Assembly (NCBI GenBank): GCA_964057225.1
Contig: OZ059898.1
Coordinates: 1,116,001 to 1,180,000, forward strand
Direction: 5' to 3'
Source: Auanema rhodensis
Lineage: Eukaryota > Animalia > Nematoda
Length of the DNA stretch: 64,000 bases
Part shown: in pieces, positions 1 to 9,828 of the stretch
Layout of the letters: each line of letters begins with the position of its first letter
How positions within the stretch are numbered: position 1 is the stretch's first letter
The notes under the pieces: generated by a model
Seen by the model: only the letters and a program-made list of their open reading frames with translations
Told to the model about the DNA's origin: nothing
Database searches by the model: none
Position numbers and translations under genes: made by a program

Positions 1-170
1 GTACATGGAAACTCAACATACACTAATGCATCATTTTTCAAACGATCATAACTAATTTTTGTATTAAGCGTTTCTCAATGTAGTATAGTGCATTTGATGC
101 GGATTTTTAAGCTGCGTCGATCTGTGTTATCAGATTTGCGCTAGCTTTAAAATGCACCGAGATATCAACT

Positions 171-192
171 GATATAAGTTCACACTTATATC
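171..192. repeat. Perfect 9-bp inverted repeat with 4-nt loop (hairpin H2) in each monomer
   Basis: GATATAAGT-TCAC-ACTTATATC. The outer CGAG (158-161) can pair with CTCG (193-196). Confidence 0.95.
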
Positions 193-266
193 CTCGATTT
201 TCACCCTGAAGAATTATTTTTTTCGTTGAATAACATTGTCCATCGTCTTTGCCTTGAAAAAAGGAA

Positions 267-338
267 TCTAAAAACATCTACTTTTTGCTAAATTATTTTG
301 AAATTTTTCGAAAAAATTTTTGTCAAAATGTTTTTGGA
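267..338. repeat. Nested A/T-tract dyad (H3) centred on the 12-bp palindrome TTTTTCGAAAAA (304-315)
   Basis: The palindrome at 304-315 is flanked by ATTTTGA (295-301)/TCAAAAT (323-329) and by TCTAAAAACAT (267-277)/ATGTTTTTGGA (328-338, one G.T). AACATTG (232-238) is also complementary to CAATGTT (341-347). Confidence 0.8.
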
Positions 339-342
339 AGCA

Positions 343-370
343 ATGTTGAGTGTACATGGAAACTCAACAT
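343..370. repeat. Perfect 9-bp inverted repeat with 10-nt spacer (H4) spanning each monomer junction
   Basis: ATGTTGAGT-GTACATGGAA-ACTCAACAT. Confidence 0.95.
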
Positions 371-450
371 ACACTAATGCATCATTTTTCAAACGATCAT
401 AACTAATTTTTGTATTAAGCGTTTCTCAATGTAGTATAGTGCATTTGATG

Positions 451-510
451 CGGATTTTTAAGCTGCGTCGATCTGTGTTATCAGATTTGCGCTAGCTTAA
501 AAATGCACCG
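451..510. repeat. Long imperfect inverted repeat (hairpin H1, p100-159) present in every monomer; example shown in monomer 2
   Basis: ATTTTTAAGCT-GCG-TCG-ATCTG [loop TGTTAT] CAGAT-TTG-CGC-T-AGCTTAAAAAT: 11 bp, a 1-nt bulge, 3 bp, two G.T pairs with one mismatch, then 5 bp. An outer CGG/CCG pair can close it. Confidence 0.9.
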
Positions 511-3500
511 AGATATCAACTGAAATAAGTTCACACTTATATCTTCGATTTTCACCCTGAAGAATTAATTTTTTCATTGAATAACATTGTCCATCGTCTT
601 TGCCTTGAAAAATGGAATCTAAAAACATCTACTTTTTGCTAAATTATTTTGAAATTTTTCGAAACAATTTTTGTCAAAATGTTTTTGGAAGCAATGTTGA
701 GTGTACATGGAAACTCAACATACACTAATGCATCATTTTTCAAACGATCATAACTAATTTTTGTATTAAGCGTTTCTCAATGTAGTATAATGCATTCGAT
801 GCGGATTTTTAAACTGCGTCGATCTGTGTTATCAGATTTGCGCTAGCTTAAAAATGCACCGAGATATCAACTGATATAAGTTCACACTTATATCCTCGAT
901 TTTCACCCTGAAGAATTAATTTTTTCGTTGAATAACATTGTCCATCGTCTTTGCCTTGAAAACAGGAATCTAAAAACATCTACTTTTTGCTAAATTATTT
1001 TGAAATTTTTCGAAAAAATTTTTGTCAAAATGTTTTTGGAAGCAATGTTGAGTGTACATGGAAACTCAACATACACTAATGCATCATTTTTCAAACGATC
1101 ATAACTAATTTTTGTATTAAGCGTTTCTCAATGTAGTATAGTGCATTTGATGCGGATTTTTAAGCTGCGTCGATCTGTGTTATCAGATTTGCGCTAGCTT
1201 TAAAATGCACCGAGATATCAACTGATATAAGTTCACACTTATATCCTCGATTTTCACCCTGAAGAATTATTTTTTTCGTTGAATAACATTGTCCATCGTC
1301 TTTGCCTTGAAAAAAGGAATCTAAAAACATCTACTTTTTGCTAAATTATTTTGAAATTTTTCGAAAAAATTTTTGTCAAAATGTTTTTGGAAGCAATGTT
1401 GAGTGTACATGGAAACTCAACATACACTAATGCATCATTTTTCAAACGATCATAACTAATTTTTGTATTAAGCGTTTCTCAATGTAGTATAGTGCATTTG
1501 ATGCGGATTTTTAAGCTGCGTCGATCTGTGTTATCAGATTTGCGCTAGCTTTAAAATGCACCGAGATATCAACTGATATAAGTTCACACTTATATCCTCG
1601 ATTTTCACCCTGAAGAATTATTTTTTTCGTTGAATAACATTGTCCATCGTCTTTGCCTTGAAAAAAGGAATCTAAAAACATCTACTTTTTGCTAAATTAT
1701 TTTGAAATTTTTCGAAAAAATTTTTGTCAAAATGTTTTTGGAAGCAATGTTGAGTGTACATGGAAACTCAACATACACTAATGCATCATTTTTCAAACGA
1801 TCATAACTAATTTTTGTATTAAGCGTTTCTCAATGTAGTATAGTGCATTTGATGCGGATTTTTAAGCTGCGTCGATCTGTGTTATCAGATTTGCGCTAGC
1901 TTAAAAATGCACCGAGATATCAACTGATATAAGTTCACACTTATATCTTCGATTTTCACCCTGAAGAATTAATTTTTTCGTTGAATAACATTGTCCATCG
2001 TCTTTGCCTTGAAAAATGGAATCTAAAAACATCTACTTTTTGCTAAATTATTTTGAAATTTTTCGAAACAATTTTTGTCAAAATGTTTTTGGAAGCAATA
2101 TTGAGTGTACATGGAAACTCAACATACACTAATGCATCATTTTTCAAACGATCATAACTAATTTTTGTATTAAGCGTTTCTCAATGTAATATAGTGCATT
2201 CGATGCGGATTTTTAAGCTGCGTCGATCTGTGTTATCAGATTTGCGCTAGCTTAAAAATGCACCGAGATATCAACTGATATAAGTTCACACTTATATCCT
2301 CGATTTTCACCCTGAAGAATTAATTTTTTCGTTGAATAACATTGTCCATCGTCTTTGCCTTGAAAAAAGGAATCTAAAAACATCTACTTTTTGCTAAATT
2401 ATTTTGAAATTTTTCGAAAAAATTTTTGTCAAAATGTTTTTGGAAGCAATGTTGAGTGTACATGGAAACTCAACATACACTAATGCATCATTTTTCAAAC
2501 GATCATAACTAATTTTTGTATTAAGCGTTTCTCAATGTAGTATAGTGCATTTGATGCGGATTTTTAAGCTGCGTCGATCTGTGTTATCAGATTTGCGCTA
2601 GCTTTAAAATGCACCGAGATATCAACTGATATAAGTTCACACTTATATCCTCGATTTTCACCCTGAAGAATTGATTTTTTCGTTGAATAACATTGTCCAT
2701 CGTCTTTGCCTTGAAAAATGGAATCTAAAAACATCTACTTTTTGCTAAATTATCTTGAAATTTTTCGAAAAAATTTTTGTCAAAATGTTTTTGGAAGCAA
2801 TGTTGAGTGTACATGGAAACTCAACATACACTAATGCATCATTTTTCAAACGATCATAACTAATTTTTGTATTAAGCGTTTCTCAATGTAATATAGTGCA
2901 TTCGATGCGGATTTTTAAGCTGCGTCGATCTGTGTTATCAGATTTGCGCTAGCTTAAAAATGCACCGAGATATCAACTGATATAAGTTCACACTTATATC
3001 CTCGATTTTCACCCTGAAGAATTAATTTTTTCGTTGAATAACATTGTCCATCATCTTTGCCTTGAAAAAAGGAATCTAAAAACATCTACTTTTTGCTAAA
3101 TTATTTTGAAATTTTTCGAAAAAATTTTTGTCAAAATGTTTTTGGAAGCAATGTTGAGTGTACATGGAAACTCAACATACACTAATGCATCATTTTTCAA
3201 ACGATCATAACTAATTTTTGTATTAAGCGTTTCTCAATGTAGTATAATGCATTCGATGCGGATTTTTAAACTGCGTCGATCTGTGTTATCAGATTTGCGC
3301 TAGCTTAAAAATGCACCGAGATATCAACTGATATAAGTTCACACTTATATCCTCGATTTTCACCCTGAAGAATTAATTTTTTCGTTGAATAACATTGTCC
3401 ATCGTCTTTGCCTTGAAAAAAGGAATCTAAAAACATCTACTTTTTGCTAAATTATTTTGAAATTTTTCGAAACAATTTTTGTCAAAATGTTTTTGGAAGC

Positions 3501-4914
3501 AATGTTGAGTGTACATGGAAACTCAACATACACTAATGCATCATTTTTCAAACGATCATAACTAATTTTTGTATTAAGCGTTTCTCAATGTAGTATAGTG
3601 CATTTGATGCGGATTTTTAAGCTGCGTCGATCTGTGTTATCAGATTTGCGCTAGCTTAAAAATGCACCGAGATATCAACTGATATAAGTTCACACTTATA
3701 TCTTCGATTTTCACCCTGAAGAATTAATTTTTTCGTTGAATAACATTGTCCATCGTCTTTGCCTTGAAAAATGGAATCTAAAAACATCTACTTTTTGCTA
3801 AATTATCTTGAAATTTTTCGAAAAAATTTTTGTCAAAATGTTTTTGGAAGCAATGTTGAGTGTACATGGAAACTCAACATACACTAATGCATCATTTTTC
3901 AAACGATCATAACTAATTTTTGTATTAAGCGTTTCTCAATGTAATATAGTGCATTCGATGCGGATTTTTAAGCTGCGTCGATCTGTGTTATCAGATTTGC
4001 GCTAGCTTAAAAATGCACCGAGATATCAACTGATATAAGTTCACACTTATATCCTCGATTTTCACCCTGAAGAATTAATTTTTTCGTTGAATAACATTGT
4101 CCATCATCTTTGCCTTGAAAAAAGGAATCTAAAAACATCTACTTTTTGCTAAATTATTTTGAAATTTTTCGAAAAAATTTTTGTCAAAATGTTTTTGGAA
4201 GCAATGTTGAGTGTACATGGAAACTCAACATACACTAATGCATCATTTTTCAAACGATCATAACTAATTTTTGTATTAAGCGTTTCTCAATGTAGTATAA
4301 TGCATTCGATGCGGATTTTTAAACTGCGTCGATCTGTGTTATCAGATTTGCGCTAGCTTAAAAATGCACCGAGATATCAACTGATATAAGTTCACACTTA
4401 TATCCTCGATTTTCACCCTGAAGAATTAATTTTTTCGTTGAATAACATTGTCCATCGTCTTTGCCTTGAAAAAAGGAATCTAAAAACATCTACTTTTTGC
4501 TAAATTATTTTGAAATTTTTCGAAACAATTTTTGTCAAAATGTTTTTGGAAGCAATGTTGAGTGTACATGGAAACTCAACATACACTAATGCATCATTTT
4601 TCAAACGATCATAACTAATTTTTGTATTAAGCGTTTCTCAATGTAGTATAGTGCATTTGATGCGGATTTTTAAGCTGCGTCGATCTGTGTTATCAGATTT
4701 GCGCTAGCTTAAAAATGCACCGAGATATCAACTGATATAAGTTCACACTTATATCTTCGATTTTCACCCTGAAGAATTAATTTTTTCGTTGAATAACATT
4801 GTCCATCGTCTTTGCCTTGAAAAAAGGAATCTAAAAACATCTACTTTTTGCTAAATTATTTTGAAATTTTTCGAAACAATTTTTGTCAAAATGTTTTTGG
4901 AAGCAATGTTGAGT

Positions 4915-7900
4915 GTACATGGAAACTCAACATACACTAATGCATCATTTTTCAAACGATCATAACTAATTTTTGTATTAAGCGTTTCTCAATGTAGTAT
5001 AATGCATTCGATGCGGATTTTTAAACTGCGTCGATCTGTGTTATCAGATTTGCGCTAGCTTAAAAATGCACCGAGATATCAACTGATATAAGTTCACACT
5101 TATATCCTCGATTTTCACCCTGAAGAATTAATTTTTTCGTTGAATAACATTGTCCATCGTCTTTGCCTTGAAAAAAGGAATCTAAAAACATCTACTTTTT
5201 GCTAAATTATTTTGAAATTTTTCGAAAAAATTTTTGTCAAAATGTTTTTGGAAGCAATGTTGAGTGTACATGGAAACTCAACATACACTAATGCATCATT
5301 TTTCAAACGATCATAACTAATTTTTGTATTAAGCGTTTCTCAATGTAGTATAGTGCATTTGATGCGGATTTTTAAGCTGCGTCGATCTGTGTTATCAGAT
5401 TTGCGCTAGCTTAAAAATGCACCGAGATATCAACTGATATAAGTTCACACTTATATCCTCGATTTTCACCCTGAAGAATTAATTTTTTCGTTGAATAACA
5501 TTGTCCATCGTCTTTGCCTTGAAAAAAGGAATCTAAAAACATCTACTTTTTGCTAAATTATTTTGAAATTTTTCGAAAAAATTTTTGTCAAAATGTTTTT
5601 GGAAGCAATGTTGAGTGTACATGGAAACTCAACATACACTAATGCATCATTTTTCAAACGATCATAACTAATTTTTGTATTAAGCGTTTCTCAATGTAGT
5701 ATAGTGCATTTGATGCGGATTTTTAAGCTGCGTCGATCTGTGTTATCAGATTTGCGCTAGCTTTAAAATGCACCGAGATATCAACTGATATAAGTTCACA
5801 CTTATATTCTCGATTTTCACCCTGAAGAATTATTTTTTTCGTTGAATAACATTGTCCATCGTCTTTGCCTTGAAAAAAGGAATCTAAAAACATCTACTTT
5901 TTGCTAAATTATTTTGAAATTTTTCGAAAAAATTTTTGTCAAAATGTTTTTGGAAGCAATGTTGAGTGTACATGGAAACTCAACATACACTAATGCATCA
6001 TTTTTCAAACGATCATAACTAATTTTTGTATTAAGCGTTTCTCAATGTAGTATAGTGCATTTGATGCGGATTTTTAAGCTGCGTCGATCTGTGTTATCAG
6101 ATTTGCGCTAGCTTAAAAATGCACCGAGATATCAACTGATATAAGTTCACACTTATATCTTCGATTTTCACCCTGAAGAATTAATTTTTTCGTTGAATAA
6201 CATTGTCCATCGTCTTTGCCTTGAAAAATGGAATCTAAAAACATCTACTTTTTGCTAAATTATTTTGAAATTTTTCGAAACAATTTTTGTCAAAATGTTT
6301 TTGGAAGCAATGTTGAGTGTACATGGAAACTCAACATACACTAATGCATCATTTTTCAAACGATCATAACTAATTTTTGTATTAAGCGTTTCTCAATGTA
6401 GTATAATGCATTCGATGCGGATTTTTAAACTGCGTCGATCTGTGTTATCAGATTTGCGCTAGCTTAAAAATGCACCGAGATATCAACTGATATAAGTTCA
6501 CACTTATATCCTCGATTTTCACCCTGAAGAATTAATTTTTTCGTTGAATAACATTGTCCATCGTCTTTGCCTTGAAAAAAGGAATCTAAAAACATCTACT
6601 TTTTGCTAAATTATTTTGAAATTTTTCGAAAAAATTTTTGTCAAAATGTTTTTGGAAGCAATGTTGAGTGTACATGGAAACTCAACATACACTAATGCAT
6701 CATTTTTCAAACGATCATAACTAATTTTTGTATTAAGCGTTTCTCAATGTAGTATAGTGCATTTGATGCGGATTTTTAAGCTGCGTCGATCTGTGTTATC
6801 AGATTTGCGCTAGCTTAAAAATGCACCGAGATATCAACTGATATAAGTTCACACTTATATCCTCGATTTTCACCCTGAAGAATTAATTTTTTCGTTGAAT
6901 AACATTGTCCATCGTCTTTGCCTTGAAAAAAGGAATCTAAAAACATCTACTTTTTGCTAAATTATTTTGAAATTTTTCGAAAAAATTTTTGTCAAAATGT
7001 TTTTGGAAGCAATGTTGAGTGTACATGGAAACTCAACATACACTAATGCATCATTTTTCAAACGATCATAACTAATTTTTGTATTAAGCGTTTCTCAATG
7101 TAGTATAGTGCATTTGATGCGGATTTTTAAGCTGCGTCGATCTGTGTTATCAGATTTGCGCTAGCTTTAAAATGCACCGAGATATCAACTGATATAAGTT
7201 CACACTTATATTCTCGATTTTCACCCTGAAGAATTATTTTTTTCGTTGAATAACATTGTCCATCGTCTTTGCCTTGAAAAAAGGAATCTAAAAACATCTA
7301 CTTTTTGCTAAATTATTTTGAAATTTTTCGAAAAAATTTTTGTCAAAATGTTTTTGGAAGCAATGTTGAGTGTACATGGAAACTCAACATACACTAATGC
7401 ATCATTTTTCAAACGATCATAACTAATTTTTGTATTAAGCGTTTCTCAATGTAGTATAGTGCATTTGATGCGGATTTTTAAGCTGCGTCGATCTGTGTTA
7501 TCAGATTTGCGCTAGCTTAAAAATGCACCGAGATATCAACTGATATAAGTTCACACTTATATCTTCGATTTTCACCCTGAAGAATTAATTTTTTCGTTGA
7601 ATAACATTGTCCATCGTCTTTGCCTTGAAAAATGGAATCTAAAAACATCTACTTTTTGCTAAATTATTTTGAAATTTTTCGAAACAATTTTTGTCAAAAT
7701 GTTTTTGGAAGCAATGTTGAGTGTACATGGAAACTCAACATACACTAATGCATCATTTTTCAAACGATCATAACTAATTTTTGTATTAAGCGTTTCTCAA
7801 TGTAGTATAATGCATTCGATGCGGATTTTTAAACTGCGTCGATCTGTGTTATCAGATTTGCGCTAGCTTAAAAATGCACCGAGATATCAACTGATATAAG

Positions 7901-9828
7901 TTCACACTTATATCCTCGATTTTCACCCTGAAGAATTAATTTTTTCGTTGAATAACATTGTCCATCGTCTTTGCCTTGAAAAAAGGAATCTAAAAACATC
8001 TACTTTTTGCTAAATTATTTTGAAATTTTTCGAAAAAATTTTTGTCAAAATGTTTTTGGAAGCAATGTTGAGTGTACATGGAAACTCAACATACACTAAT
8101 GCATCATTTTTCAAACGATCATAACTAATTTTTGTATTAAGCGTTTCTCAATGTAGTATAGTGCATTTGATGCGGATTTTTAAGCTGCGTCGATCTGTGT
8201 TATCAGATTTGCGCTAGCTTAAAAATGCACCGAGATATCAACTGATATAAGTTCACACTTATATCTTCGATTTTCACCCTGAAGAATTAATTTTTTCGTT
8301 GAATAACATTGTCCATCGTCTTTGCCTTGAAAAATGGAATCTAAAAACATCTACTTTTTGCTAAATTATTTTGAAATTTTTCGAAACAATTTTTGTCAAA
8401 ATGTTTTTGGAAGCAATGTTGAGTGTACATGGAAACTCAACATACACTAATGCATCATTTTTCAAACGATCATAACTAATTTTTGTATTAAGCGTTTCTC
8501 AATGTAGTATAATGCATTCGATGCGGATTTTTAAACTGCGTCGATCTGTGTTATCAGATTTGCGCTAGCTTAAAAATGCACCGAGATATCAACTGATATA
8601 AGTTCACACTTATATCCTCGATTTTCACCCTGAAGAATTAATTTTTTCGTTGAATAACATTGTCCATCGTCTTTGCCTTGAAAAAAGGAATCTAAAAACA
8701 TCTACTTTTTGCTAAATTATTTTGAAATTTTTCGAAAAAATTTTTGTCAAAATGTTTTTGGAAGCAATGTTGAGTGTACATGGAAACTCAACATACACTA
8801 ATGCATCATTTTTCAAACGATCATAACTAATTTTTGTATTAAGCGTTTCTCAATGTAGTATAGTGCATTTGATGCGGATTTTTAAGCTGCGTCGATCTGT
8901 GTTATCAGATTTGCGCTAGCTTAAAAATGCACCGAGATATCAACTGATATAAGTTCACACTTATATCCTCGATTTTCACCCTGAAGAATTAATTTTTTCG
9001 TTGAATAACATTGTCCATCGTCTTTGCCTTGAAAAAAGGAATCTAAAAACATCTACTTTTTGCTAAATTATTTTGAAATTTTTCGAAAAAATTTTTGTCA
9101 AAATGTTTTTGGAAGCAATGTTGAGTGTACATGGAAACTCAACATACACTAATGCATCATTTTTCAAACGATCATAACTAATTTTTGTATTAAGCGTTTC
9201 TCAATGTAGTATAGTGCATTTGATGCGGATTTTTAAGCTGCGTCGATCTGTGTTATCAGATTTGCGCTAGCTTTAAAATGCACCGAGATATCAACTGATA
9301 TAAGTTCACACTTATATTCTCGATTTTCACCCTGAAGAATTATTTTTTTCGTTGAATAACATTGTCCATCGTCTTTGCCTTGAAAAAAGGAATCTAAAAA
9401 CATCTACTTTTTGCTAAATTATTTTGAAATTTTTCGAAAAAATTTTTGTCAAAATGTTTTTGGAAGCAATGTTGAGTGTACATGGAAACTCAACATACAC
9501 TAATGCATCATTTTTCAAACGATCATAACTAATTTTTGTATTAAGCGTTTCTCAATGTAGTATAGTGCATTTGATGCGGATTTTTAAGCTGCGTCGATCT
9601 GTGTTATCAGATTTGCGCTAGCTTAAAAATGCACCGAGATATCAACTGATATAAGTTCACACTTATATCTTCGATTTTCACCCTGAAGAATTAATTTTTT
9701 CGTTGAATAACATTGTCCATCGTCTTTGCCTTGAAAAATGGAATCTAAAAACATCTACTTTTTGCTAAATTATTTTGAAATTTTTCGAAACAATTTTTGT
9801 CAAAATGTTTTTGGAAGCAATGTTGAGT
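4915..9828. repeat. 4-monomer HOR (1404 bp) in monomers 15-18, 19-22 and 25-28, with a truncated 2-mer at 23-24
   Basis: Repeating order [A88,A111]-[plain]-[T148,T192,T217]-[T193,T262,C314]. The private marker T192 (TATTCTCG) is in monomers 17, 21 and 27. Confidence 0.85.

Larger units (their letters stand above)
1..351 (+). repeat. Reference monomer (351 bp, 109 G+C = 31% GC, many A/T tracts)
   Basis: Directly read. It carries NsiI ATGCAT at p26, NheI GCTAGC at p140, EcoRV GATATC at p161, BstBI TTCGAA at p307, and BsrGI TGTACA across the junction (351-356). The monomer boundary is arbitrary and set by the window start. Confidence 0.98.

Noticed and set aside
206-260. CTGAAGA matches the hammerhead core CUGANGA, and the monomer size resembles ribozyme-bearing satellites or retrozymes
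   Set aside because: I could not build stem II closed by GAAA, a stem III with a UH site, or a partner for the upstream stem I strand. An Infernal/Rfam scan would be the definitive test.
54-322. Sm-site-like AATTTTTG motifs (54-61, 315-322) suggesting a spliced-leader or snRNA gene array
   Set aside because: Such motifs are expected by chance in T-tract-rich DNA. I recognised no known leader sequence, snRNA body, 5S rRNA or tRNA A/B boxes.
1-351. Assignment to a named ~350-360 bp insect satellite (e.g. Drosophila 1.688 family, tenebrionid beetle satellites) or a CENP-B box
   Set aside because: Only length and AT-richness are similar. I do not recognise sequence identity or a canonical CENP-B box, so a database search is needed.
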